Source: Octopus sinensis (lineage: Eukaryota). Taken from it: a DNA stretch of 64,000 bases. Where the stretch lies: positions 68,138,001 through 68,202,000 of the forward strand of contig NC_043005.1 in the NCBI RefSeq assembly GCF_006345805.1. Reading direction: 5' to 3'. Made by a program: the position numbers and the translations under genes. Each line of letters opens with the position of its first letter. Positions within the stretch are counted from its first letter, which is position 1. The notes below the pieces were generated by a model. That model searched no databases. It was not told the DNA's origin and saw nothing but the letters and a program-made list of their open reading frames with translations. This document shows, piece after piece, positions 11,704-23,894 of this stretch.

Positions 11704-11705
<2 letters not shown>
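11110..11705 (+). mobile_element. Non-coding Penelope-like terminal-repeat element with minimal hammerhead variant
   Basis: Homologous to 20028-20812 (shared ATTCTCCC..TCTTCTC start, ACACACGTCCAGACC, and 3' CCCGTTATATAT). Flanked by (TA)n on both sides. PLE assignment is an inference from the motif. Confidence 0.6.
11568..11605 (+). ncRNA. Minimal type I hammerhead-like motif, A6U core variant
   Basis: TCTTT-CTGTTGA-A-GAGC(gtag)GCTC-GAAA-CG-TT-AAAGA: 5-bp stem I, 4-bp stem II, loopless palindromic ACGT stem III. Confidence 0.5.
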
Positions 11706-11734
<29 letters not shown>

Positions 11735-11754
11735 TATATATATATAATATATAT

Positions 11755-11809
<55 letters not shown>

Positions 11810-11870
11810 ATATATATATATATGTGTATATATATATATATATGTGTATATATATATATATATATATGTG

Positions 11871-11929
<59 letters not shown>

Positions 11930-12003
11930 ATCACGTGACCGACCAGACCATCAGATGTTGCTACAATTGGTGATCCTCGACTTCAACTAAAAAACTTTAT
12001 CGT

Positions 12004-12034
<31 letters not shown>

Positions 12035-12037
<3 letters not shown>

Positions 12038-12966
12038 GGTCCCGGGTTGAGTCGGGGTTATACATACATACCCACATATACATACATATATATATGCATA
12101 CATACACATACATATACATATACATATATATACACATATATACACGTACCCATGTACGTACACACAAATACACATATACATACATATATATACATATATG
12201 TATACACACTCGCACATATATATACATACACACATATATATACACATGCATATACATGCACACACATACACACACATTTTTATTCTCTTATTTTAATTTT
12301 ATTATTACTACTACTTTTGTTTATATCTTTATTTTTATCTTGACCGGTCAGCCAAGATCATCCCTTGAGACCGGCTGACCGGTCAAGATAAAAATAAAGA
12401 TATAAACAAAAGTAGTAGTAATAATAAAATTAAAATAAGAGAATAAAAATGTGTGTGCATGTATATGCATGTGTATATATATGTGCGAGTGTGTATACAT
12501 ATATGTATATATATGTATGTATATGTGTATTTGTGTGTACGTACATGGGTACGTGTATATATGTATATATATATGTATATGTATGTGTATGTATGCATAT
12601 ATATATGTATGTATATGTGGGTATGTATGTATATGTATAGATATATGTGAATATGTGGGTGTAGATATGTGTATATATATATATATGTGGATGTACAAGT
12701 GAGAGTCTCCTTACTTACCTAAAACTCTATTTTTCTATTTATTTTTTTTATTCTTTTATTTATTCTTTTATCTACTTTACCACCGATTCCTTTGACCACT
12801 CCCCTAATAATGACAGTTTTGCGCCATGCCTACCCCCCCAAAAACGTCCCCAACCACCACCCATTTAAACCTGCCTAAATGTATAAATGCCAAAACAACT
12901 CTTGTCTACTAGCTTCCTAATGATTTCTTTTGAATGAAACAGTTCTAGTCCTGTAGAAGCTCCTTC

Positions 12967-12968
<2 letters not shown>
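12035..12968 (+). mobile_element. Hammerhead-bearing fold-back element (sister of 32894-36405)
   Basis: Inverted arms 12060-12353 and 12373-12632. The 3' block is homologous to 36060-36330 and includes a hammerhead at 12911-12961 with core CTAATGA (G5A). (TA)n on both flanks. Confidence 0.75.
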
Positions 12969-13018
<50 letters not shown>

Positions 13019-13019
13019 C

Positions 13020-13215
13020 TGTGTGTCTTTGTGTTTGTCAATCTCTTCCCACTCGTGTTGGTTTGCTTACGTCCCCATAATTTAGTGGTTCAGCAAAAGA
13101 CACCGATAGAATATGTACCATATTACAATCAATAAGTACTGGGGGTTGATCTGGTCGACTAAAACAGTTCAAAGCGGTGCCCCCAGCTTGGCCGCAGTCC
13201 AATGACTGAAACAAG
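13020..13215 (+). mobile_element. Family A SINE 3' half
   Basis: TTACGTCCCCATAATTTAGTGGTTCAGCAAAAG...GGCCGCAGTCCAATGACTGAAACAAG. Confidence 0.75.
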
Positions 13216-13579
13216 AAAAAAAACAACAAAAGACAAAAAAAAACAAAAACAAAAGGATAATATGACGTCAAAGTATTAGTGCTACAAGAGTTAATCAAAC
13301 CACCTGCTGAAATTAGTTAATCCATGTGCGCATTTCTACTTTATTATCGTATTTCAATATCTAATATACTATAAGTAATTACATATAAAATACAGGAATT
13401 AAATATTTAATTCAATAATAAAATATGATAAATTGGAAAAATGAATAAATTTATAAATGAAACCTGTCGTCTTTGAATGATTTTTTGCAAACGTACATTA
13501 AGAAATATGCATAGAAGTATACAGATATACATTCACTTTTTTATATATACTTGCACTTATGCATATACATACATATATA

Positions 13580-13675
<96 letters not shown>

Positions 13676-14742
13676 CTTAACATATGTACATACACACAAA
13701 TGCAGATACACACGCACACACTCGCATATATATATATATATATATTCGTTCGTACACACATAGACGCATATATTTACGTATGCACGTTGTTACATATCGT
13801 ACATACACATATATATTTAGATATAATCTCAAGTATTAGCGAAAAGGGAATCACACACACAGACACACGCGCACAGACAGACAGACAGACTGACACAAAC
13901 ACACACACACACACACACATGCAGTGTTATGCAAGAAAATAAATAAGCAAACGTATATATAATATCATACCCACGTAGTAGTTTATATGAACAGCAATGT
14001 AAAAGCAGTGACTCAAGTTTAAGTTCTCATCTTCCTCGTTCTTTAGTGTCACTACTTTACTTCACAAAGTGGAATATATGAACGCTATAGATGCGTTAAA
14101 AAGTTATAATTTTAATACACATTTGAACTTTAACGTTAGTACAACTTGTAAATTTTATGCTTGCTTGAAATGACATCAAATTTCCTATTCATTATTAAAT
14201 CTTTAGCAAAAAATATCGCACATATATCGCAAGGCGTTTTATTCCCATTAAAAGATTGTAGTTTTACTAATAAAAATTCTACTATTTTGCTGTGTGTTTT
14301 TATTCTCCTGACTCCAGGTATAAACTGAATGGTATGTAATTTTTCTTCTATTGAGTTTCAAAATTGTAGCACCCATTCCCCTCTCCTTTATTATATATAC
14401 ATACATTCGAACGTAGCAGATAGCAGCTAACCTTTGGATTCTATATTTGGACCCCGTTGTGTCCACCACTCTGATTGGTTGGTATTGGCGCAATGCTCTA
14501 TCGCGCATCAGTAAGTAACTTAGCCAATCGCAGCCTCCAAACAAATTACATGAGACAGTCTGTCCTCAACCTTAAATTTGAGCCCACTTTTACTAATAAA
14601 AACTCAAATTCTCCTTGTTTCGAAGTCTGTTGGTTCTAGACCTTCTAAGGTCTAACCATTGATCACATGACACAGCCAATTCCAGCGACGACGCCAGACA
14701 ACACTCGTCCAACAGCATTACAGAGACCTCTATCTTCGTCGC

Positions 14743-14791
<49 letters not shown>

Positions 14792-15279
14792 GTATACATG
14801 TATGTGTGTGTGTGTGTTTACTAGCAGTACCCGTGGAAATTCCAAGGCTCATTTTGTGGCACAGTATCAGCCATAAGAATCTCCCAGCTTAGTATTAAGA
14901 ACCTGTCATTTCCTTCATAATCCCTTGATTAACTTGTAGGAAATCTTGTCTATTCTCTTCGGTTATATTTTTTACTTCTGGTCCTTTTTGATATTCTGGT
15001 TTGTGCAAAATAGTCTTGTTCATATTTTGCCTTCTTTCTTGATTAACCATCTTCGTTGTACGTCACATGACACATTACTGCTCCATTTTTTGCATTAATT
15101 TTGTTCCTTTCCACCCGAGTCAACTCTTTTCGTTGTTGCTAATTCCTTTCTCTTTATTCCTTCTTTACTCTTAATTCTTGTTTCTCTCTCTCTCTACCTT
15201 TTCCTCAGTCTTTCCCTGTATCTTCTCTGCTCTGCCATACTCAGTTAAGTTCTTGCTGCTGTATTTTATATCCTTGTCC

Positions 15280-15760
15280 GTTGCAATATCCCAAACTCCG
15301 ATTGCTATTATACATCAAGGATACACTGGATGAAGGCGGCGAGCTGGTAGAAACGTTAGCCCGCCGGGCGAAATGCGTAGCCGTATTTCGTCTGCCGTTA
15401 CGTTCTGAGTTCAAATTCCGCCGACTTTGCTTTTCATCCTTTCGGGGTCGATTAAATAAGTACCAGTTACGCACTGGGGTCGATATAATCGACTTAATCC
15501 GTTTGTCTGTCTTTGTTTGTCCTCTGTGTTTAGCCCCTTGTGGGTAGTAAAGAAATAGGATACACTGGCTCCACGGACATGTGATTAGAATGTCGCAGGG
15601 AAGAATTACTAACCGAGCCAACCGGAAAAACTCCGAGGGTAGACGAAAAACAAGATGGTTGAGTAATATCCATAGTCTCAGTTGATTACGCTTGGAATCC
15701 AGCTGGAAAGTGAAAGAATGGTTGCTCTTGACAGGATCCTATGGAGGAGACGCGTGAGGA
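15280..15760 (+). mobile_element. RTE-clade LINE 3' remnant interrupted by a SINE
   Basis: Frameshifted HWLHGHVIRMS, P.GK.PR, RWLSNI, RLGIQ and VALDRILWRRRVR motifs typical of RTE ORF C-termini. Confidence 0.55.
15330..15556 (+). mobile_element. SINE family B monomer with 12-bp TSD
   Basis: TSD AGGATACACTGG at 15318-15329 and 15557-15568. Confidence 0.92.
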
Positions 15761-15965
15761 TGGTTGGATATTTGGAAAATCTCCGTATCTAAGACATACT
15801 GTTAAACATTTTCTCTCTCATTCACTCACTCACTCACACACACTCACACTCTCTCTCCTTCTCTCTTGCACACATATACAGGTTATCCATACCCTTTCCA
15901 CAGCATATCATATTTTTTACATCACAAGAATCTATCATTGTACTTTAATATAATATAGTATAATA

Positions 15966-16132
15966 TAGGCGCAGGAGTGGCTGTGTGGTAAGTAGCTTGC
16001 TAACCGACCACATGGTTCCGGGTTCAGTCCCACTGCGTGGCATCTTGGGCAAGTATCTTCTGCTATAGCCCCGGGCCGACCAATGCCTTGTGAGTGGATT
16101 TGGTAGACGGAAACTGAAAGAAGCTTGTCGTA

Positions 16133-16165
<33 letters not shown>

Positions 16166-16378
16166 TTGTGTGTATGTGTTTGTCCCCCTAGCATTGCTTG
16201 ACAACCGATGCTGGTGTGTTTACGTCCCCGTAACTTAGCGGTTCGGCAAAAGAGACCGATAGAATAAGTACTGAGCTTACAAAGAATAGGTCCCGGGGTC
16301 AATTTGCTCGACTAAAGGCAGTGCTCCAGCATGGTCGCAGTCAAATGACTGAAACAAGTAAAAGAGAAAGAGAAAGAG
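15966..16378 (+). mobile_element. Family A SINE (full length)
   Basis: TAGGCGCAGGAGTGGCTGTGTGGTAAG head, GGTTCAGTCCC B box, tail GACTGAAACAAGTAAAAGAG. Confidence 0.92.
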
Positions 16379-16508
16379 TATAATACATACATGTATACAT
16401 ACATATATAGTTAATCCAAACAAGAAAACACAAAAAAAAACACAACAACGCGAGGACGTGGAACAAATAAAGTATTATTGGACGCTCAGGAAAGAAGGAA
16501 GAAGGAGG

Positions 16509-16543
16509 GTTTAACGTTTCGAGCGGAGCTCTTCGTCGGAAAC
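16509..16543 (-). ncRNA. Minimal type I hammerhead-like motif, U4C core variant
   Basis: Minus strand GTTT-CCGACGA-A-GAGC(tcc)GCTC-GAAA-CG-TT-AAAC, within a related non-coding element at about 16383-16660. Confidence 0.5.
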
Positions 16544-16875
16544 ATAGGAGAAGGCAAGATCCAGAGAAGGGAAGACAGGGGAAAAAAAATCGCCAACGGT
16601 ACACACGAGGTCACATTTTGAAAGACCGGAAGGAGAAAGGGTGATATACATATATACATACATACATACACACACATATATGTGTGAGTGTGTATATATA
16701 TATATATACACAGACACAGACAGAAAGACAGGCACACACGCATGTACATATATGTGCATATATATATAATATATTTAGATTCAGTTGAATTAGGTTCTTA
16801 AATTGAGGTACCTTGTTAGGACGAACTTATTTGCACACTCAGACAATATTAGGTAATTATCAAACTCTACATAGA

Positions 16876-17104
16876 TATTTCTTTATTACCCACAAGGGGC
16901 TAAACACAGAGGGGACAAACAAGGACAGACATAGGTATTAAGTCGATTACATCGACCCCAGTGCGTAACTGGTGCTTAATTTATCGACCCCGAAAGGATG
17001 AAAGGCAAAGTCGACCTCGGCGGAATTTGAACTCACAACGTAACGGCAGACGAAATACCGCAAAGCATTTCGCCCGGCGTGCTAACGCTTCTGCCAGCTC
17101 GCCG
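16876..17104 (-). mobile_element. SINE family B monomer
   Basis: Near-consensus head and body on the minus strand. Confidence 0.9.
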
Positions 17105-18332
17105 ACTGATTGAAGTATGATAGTAACAGATCATAGAAGTTATAATAAGTTTGTTTATATAGGGCACTCAATAAATATTGAGTGAATGATTGAATAACTA
17201 TTTTGATTGAATAACTATTTTGCATGCTTTAGACTTGGGCCATAAAGCTAACAGTATCTCATTTCCTACGAAAATCTGGGAACTTAAAGACAATATCGAA
17301 TTCAGTCTTAAATGGGTTTAACTGCGCAGAGCTCACCCAAATAGCCGATATGGATGTAGACTTTGTTGTATGGAATTATATGAAATTTTATATATAGAGA
17401 TAAGAACAACTTAATTTATAAGAAATTAGATTTTAGACTATCATATGCTCATAAGATTACCCGTACTTTTAGATACTTTAGAAGCTGAGAATTATTTAGT
17501 ATATCATATATTTTTTCGATGACAACATTTTTTTCTTTAATCCTTTTGATTGATTACATCTTGGTAATAATAATATATACCTATCCAATCCCAGTGACGA
17601 ATCTATTCTATCACGGTAAATATAATTTTACTACTTTTTCTTAACGAGTCCTTACTTTTCAAATATCCCCTAATTATAAAATATACCCTCAATGATCTTT
17701 TACTATCATACCTCAATCCTTGTTCTTCGCCGTATTTTAAATATATTTTCTTAACCTACTTCTAATGATAAGTTTAATTCTATTTTATCTCTATCATAAT
17801 CCGGTGTACTTACGTCTTTTTCCTTCTAGCATTAATAATTAATTACTATTCCGATTATAACTATTTATATAACAATTCCATTATAATATATTCTTTACTT
17901 TCATTGTATAATATCTCATTTCTTTTTTGGTATAGCATCATTTATTGGCTTACTTTTATAAAATTAAAAAAATGATATTTTTTCGATATAATTTTTTAAT
18001 AATTTTTATTATAGTTTTTTATTATAGTTTTTATTACAATTCCTCTAAGATATTTTCTTGTATTTTCCTCGTATCTTTTATAAATCTTATATGTTATATC
18101 CTTATATCTTTAAGATTTTATATACCCTTCATATATTTTTCATAATTTTGTGTTTTATGCATGCTTTGATAATTTAAAAATATTAATTTTATTTATCCCA
18201 CTATGTTACTGTGAATCTAAAATTATAAAATTATTATATTGTTATTACACATATTTTTTATATATTTTATATGGTTTATATTTTCATGCCTTCTTATATA
18301 TATCTTTTATATTTTTATATTTTCTGATATTA

Positions 18333-18756
18333 TAGGCGCAGGAGTGATTGTGTGGTAAGTAGCTTGCTTACCAAGCACATGGCTCCGGATTCATTCCCAC
18401 TGCGTGGCACCTTGGGCAAGTGTTTTCTACTATAGCCTCGGGCTGACCAAAGCCTTGTGAGTGGATTTGGTAGACGGAAACTGAAAGAAGCCTGTCGTAT
18501 GTGTGTACACATGTGTATATATGTGTGTGTGTGTATATATGTTTGTGTATCTGTGTTTGTCCCCTCAACATTGCTTGACAACCGATGGTGGTGTGTTTAC
18601 GTCCCCGTAACTTAGTGGTTCGGCAAAAGAGACCCATAGAATAAGTATTAGGCTTCCAAAGAATAAGTTCTGGGGTCAGTTTGCTCGACTAAAAGCGGTG
18701 CTCCAGCATGGTTGCAGTCAAATGACTGAAACAAGTAAAAGAGTAAAAAGAGAGAG
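18333..18756 (+). mobile_element. Family A SINE (full length)
   Basis: TAGGCGCAGGAGTGATTGTGTGGTAAG head and the same tail as 15966. Confidence 0.9.
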
Positions 18757-18984
18757 TATATTTTATATTTATATTTAGTTATATCTTTATTTATTTATTT
18801 TTATTTCCTTATACTTTTAAAGTTTTTATAGCATAAAAACCTGGTGGCAGTTTATAATTTAAAATTTTTTTTCATAAAATCCGTTATATACAACAATCTT
18901 AAATTATCATATATTAAATCATACGATATCCCCTTATTTAATTACACATGAAATTTCTTTCTAGCCTTTATATATCTATATATT

Positions 18985-19285
18985 TTGTGAGCTCGAATCC
19001 CGGACCAGGCTGCGTGTTGTGTTCTTGAGCAAGGCACTTTATTTCACGTTGCTCCAGTTCACTCAGCTGTAGAAATGAGTTGCGACGTCTCTGGTGCCAA
19101 GCTGTATCGACCTTTGTCTTTCCCTTGGATAACACTGGTGGCGTGGAGAGAGGAGGCTGGTATGCATGGGCGACTGCTGGTCTTCCATAAACAACCTTGC
19201 CCGGACTTGTGTCTAGGAGGGTAACTTTCGAGGTGCAATCCCATGGTCATTCATGACCGAAGGGGGTCTTTACCCTTTACCCTTT
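18985..19285 (+). mobile_element. Family C SINE (5'-truncated)
   Basis: B box GAGCTCGAATCCC, CORE-like segment, tail ending GGGGGTC(TTTACCC)2. Confidence 0.88.
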
Positions 19286-20027
19286 ATATTTTGCTTTAAT
19301 GGTATAAGTAAACTAAGTTTAAAACTTACTCCCTCCATTTCTCTCTTAATTTACATCCACCCATAATCCTCTAAGGGTTCACTTTTTTCTTCCCCTTTAA
19401 GATGACAATCAAAATAAGCTTTATTAGTTATCCCCATCCTCTCTTTTCTTTATATTATCACCACTCCTCCATCAGACATTCCCGTTTAACACTCCATAAC
19501 CTACTCTTTGGTGTTGATATCGCCGGATGTAAAGTTCCATTTTCTTAGATCGTAGAACGGTCAGTCATGATATTAATTAATTTATAACTCCCCAAAGATC
19601 AAATTTTAGATTTTGAAGACTAGACTACATTCTACATGCTGTCTTCCATGCATAGATAACGGGGTCACTACTCTCATTCAATCTCCCTTCCACACTCTAG
19701 CCCATGCTAATTTTTGGTTTCTCTGTCGCTGTACTGTTCTTTTTTTCCATTCTGCCAAAACATTTAGCAGCGGAATCATTGTAAATATTTGCTCTCTATT
19801 GATATGAATATGTTTAAATATCTAACTTGTCCTTTATGCTTGAAGTCTATGCGGTCATCTGATGAGAACGGTTTTCTTTGTAATGATGTAATGTTTTCAT
19901 TGCTCAATTAATGGAGTCGCTCGAAACGGCGTAATGAATTGAAATTTATATATATCTTTGTCACTAATATATATGTATGTATGTATATATGTATGTATGT
20001 ATTTATGTATGTATGTATCAATATATA

Positions 20028-20812
20028 TAACGGGAAGGTTTACGAAAATAAACAAAAGACGAAGGCAGGTGGAGTACAAACAAACAAATGTATTAGTATG
20101 GCGCTCAGGAATAGAAATAGAACAAGTTTTTTACGTTTCGAGCCTACGCTCTTCGACAGAAAGATACACAGAAAAAATACAAGGAGAGAAAAAAAATGCG
20201 TGTAGGAGCTAACGATCTATCATGGCGTCCTGACTTCGGACAGTGGTCAGACGAGAGAGGGACAGTAGGGGAGATTACAGGGTCAAGTGACTTCCAAAAC
20301 GAAGGTGCCCCCAACACAAAGGTGCATGTGTGTATAAGAGAGTGTGTATGGGCGTGTGAAAGAGGCTGGTGGTCTGGACGTGTGTGTGTATGTATGTGTG
20401 GGTGTGGAGATGTGGGGATGGGTGTGTGGGTGGTGTGTTGTGATGTGATATGTGTATGTATGTGTAGGTGTAAAGATTGGGGATGGGTGTGTAGCGGTGT
20501 GCTGTGGGTGGTGTGTTGTGATGTGATGTGTAATGTTGCATGGTGTAGTGTAGTGTGGTGTGATGTTGTGGGGAGGTGGAGTAGGCGAGAGTGGGGAAGG
20601 CACAGGTGGGTGTAGGTTCGGCTGGGGGTTGTGGGTAGGTAGAGGGAAGGATAGGGAAGGTTGAGTAGGGGTGGGTGGGTTTATGGGGTATATGAGGAGA
20701 GAGAGGAGGCGAGGAGGGGGAGTGGGAGGAGGAGGGACAGGGAGAGGGGAGAGAAGGGGAGTGAGGGAGCAGAGAAAGAGAGAAGGGGAAGAAGAGAGAA
20801 GAAGAGGGAGAA
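20028..20812 (-). mobile_element. Second copy of the 11110-11705 element, with minimal hammerhead variant at 20127-20164
   Basis: Minus strand TCTTT-CTGTCGA-A-GAGC(gtag)GCTC-GAAA-CG-TA-AAAAA. The downstream ~120 bp matches 11606-11705 and (TA)n flanks both ends. Confidence 0.6.
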
Positions 20813-20840
20813 TATATATATATATATATATATATATATC

Positions 20841-20935
20841 TTAAATTAGAGATAAAACCACTATCAGGCAAATCAAACAGTGAAAAACATAAACCAAAAT
20901 ATATTTGCCTGATAGTGGTTTTATCTCTAATTTAA
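20841..20935. repeat. Perfect 33-bp inverted repeat in a (TA)n tract
   Basis: Arms 20841-20873 and 20903-20935 with a 29-bp spacer. Confidence 0.9.
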
Positions 20936-20973
20936 TATATATATATATTCCCTGTAAGTTTGGATTTACTCCC

Positions 20974-21026
<53 letters not shown>

Positions 21027-21032
21027 TATATA

Positions 21033-22470
21033 TAACTTAGATAACTTAGATATGTTTCGACCAAAGATTGGTCCAGGCCATGTCTAACTTAATAGCACCA
21101 CCTGATAGGATTATTCGAATCATGTTTAAGTCAAGTTTTGTTCAAGTAGTTGGGTGAGTTGTATCCAATTATGGGTGGCTTATCTGGTATTCTTTGAAGG
21201 TATCTATCCAGACTCCGTTTAAAGTTGATGGGATCCTTTTCCTCTTTGATCTCCATCGGGACAATATTAAATAGGGCAGGGCCTGTTGAGGAAAAGAAAT
21301 TATGTTGCAGTGTACATGTATGTTGTGATCTTGAATTGGGCAGGGGACGTATGGCCCGTGGTCCCAGTCTTGGATGAACCTTGAAGCTAATGTTAAGGTC
21401 GTTTGGGCAACGTTGGCGGTATATTTTCCACATCGTACAAATGATGTACCGCTCACGGCGACGCTGGAGGGAGTAGAGTTTCAAGGCTTTAAGGCGATCC
21501 CAATAATCGAGAGCAGCCATGCCTTCAATTCGTTTAGTGAGTGCCCTCTGGGGTGACTTAATTCTGGAGATGTTTTGTCTTGTATAGGGAGACCACAGTG
21601 GGCAGCAGAATTCAAGGTGTGACCGTACAAAGGAGGAGAAAAGTGGTATGATGACACCTTCTTCTCTGGACCGGAAAGTTCTTAAGATCCAAGAACTCAT
21701 CCTACGAGCTATATCGACCTTCTTGTTGATGTGTGCTCTCCAACTGAGATCGTCATCAATAATTACACCCAGGTCTCTGATATTGTTAGAGGCTGTGAGC
21801 GGTTCCCCTGAAGGAAGAGAGTATGGCTGTTTTAGTGAGGAATTTCTTCCAAAATGCATCAACTCAAATTTTACCTCATTCAGTTGCATTTTGTTTCTGT
21901 CTGCCCATTGACTTACAGCATATAGATCAGACTGGAGTTGAGTTCGGTCTGCTTCTTCATTGACGATTTGCTGGAGCTTAGTGTCATCAGCAAATGTTTT
22001 CACTTTGCAGTAATGTACGACACTGGAAAGGTCGTTTATGTAAATTATGAAGAGTAGCGGACCCAAAACAGTCCCCTGGGGAACACCGCTGGGCTTGAGT
22101 GGACTCCATCAACTACAACATGTTGTGTTCTATTCGCCAGGAAATACTTGATCCAGTGTAGAACTTTTCCACGGATTCCAACATTTGCCAATTTTTAGAG
22201 TAGGATATTATGGTCTACCCTGTCGAACGCTTTACTGAAGTCAAGATATAAGACGTCAGAGTTCGAACCTGTTCCCAAGGCTTTGAGTACATCTTCAATG
22301 TGGTGTAAGAGCTGTGTTAGACAGTCCCTGTCACAGCGAAAGCCATGCTGATTTGCATTTAGGAGTTTGTGGGTCTCCAGGAAGTCAGCTATCCTTGATC
22401 TTAACACTCTTTCAAACACTTTAATGATGTGGGAGGTGAGTGAGATTGGGTGATAGTTGACTGCGAGGGA
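21033..22470 (-). mobile_element. 5'-truncated CR1/Jockey-group LINE (reverse transcriptase domain)
   Basis: NYHPISLTSHIIKVFERV, QHGFR, YLDFSKAFDRVDH, SGVPQGTVLGPLLFIIYIND, FADD, RDLGVII, YSLQRRRERY. Frameshifts near 22090-22200. The 3' end carries an (ATCTAAGTT)2 tail. Confidence 0.93.
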
Positions 22471-22477
22471 AGACGGC

Positions 22478-22705
22478 GAGTTGGCACAATCATTAGCACG
22501 TCGGACAAAATGCTTACCGGAATTCTTTGGAACTTTAGATTCTGAGTTCAAGTTTTAACGGCGGTGTATCAGCATGGCCGCAGCTCTGAGCTGAAACAAG
22601 AAAAAAATATATATTATATAATTCTTGGGGTCAATTTGTTCGACTACGGGCGGTGCTCCAGCATGGCCGCAGTCAAACGACTGAAACAAATAAAAGAATA
22701 AAAGA

Positions 22706-22706
<1 letters not shown>
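22478..22706 (+). mobile_element. Diverged family B head plus two family A tail fragments
   Basis: GGCGAGTTGGCACAATCATTAGCACG...TTCTGAGTTCAA, and CAGCATGGCCGCAG...CTGAAACAA twice. Confidence 0.6.
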
Positions 22707-22775
<69 letters not shown>

Positions 22776-23894
22776 CAAATTGGAGCTGTGGGGTACCGCA
22801 CGAGTGGAATTATATACGAAAGAAGGTTTGAAAATGCAATTTAAAAGATGTTTATTTACTTTACCGGTTTCACTCTTTGGAAAAAGATTGTCAAAAGTAA
22901 CATGTAGAAGTTTGGTTGCGTTAATTATTGGTTGTTGCAAATTGCTGCATTACATATATACAGTCTTTGGTAACAGGGACATGTTAAGGACATAAAAAAG
23001 TTCAACAAGTTCCTTAAAATATTGGGCACAAAAGATTACTACATAAATAATCGTTCTCAAGGACATACTTAAGATAGTTTCCAGAAGGAATTGATATTAG
23101 TATTGTATCTGTATATTCAAACATGCACAGAATATTGGTTGACACAGAGTACTATAATCCATATAAATATACATTCTTTGGTGACAACAGTATGTTGAGA
23201 ATATAAAAAAAGTTTAACAAGCTTATTGAAATAATGGGCAGAAAAGATTAAAACAAATATATTATACATCTCAAGGTAATTTCCAGGAGGAATTATTAAA
23301 AAAAGTTCAGTATACACATACAGAATATTATGAGTTCAAAAAGATTTACATTATAATAGTGGTGAAGCTAAAACTGACCTGTCCATACTGCAAGTATAGC
23401 AAGTACTTACCATGACCACTCACGCATGTAAGTATGTTTGTATACACATAAACATACGTACACATCTTTAATTGCTTATAAGAGAATATATATTTATATA
23501 TGTGTGTGTGTGTGTGTTTACGTACATATGTATTAATATATATGCAGTGTGTGCGCGCGTGTGAGTGTATGTGTGTGTGTGAAAGAGAGAGAGAGAGAAA
23601 GGGGGAAAGAGAGTTTGTGTGTATGTGAGTGTGTGAATTACTTTATATGTTAAGAGAAATATCACATATGCCATATATTAGTGTATACCATACACATTCG
23701 TAAACAAGTTTGGCCACTGTATTTCTCTCTTATATACGCACACAACCCCTCCACACACACATACACACGTGTGCGTGTTCATATGCAAACACGCACGCAC
23801 ATACAGATATTTATACAGACATGCAGTTATGTATACACAGATATATACATTCACACACACACACACACATACACACATCATACACACTTATGTA

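Noticed and set aside
19855-19935. CTGATGAG and GCTCGAAACGG near each other
   Set aside because: Could not fold consistent stems I-III. At most a decayed relic.
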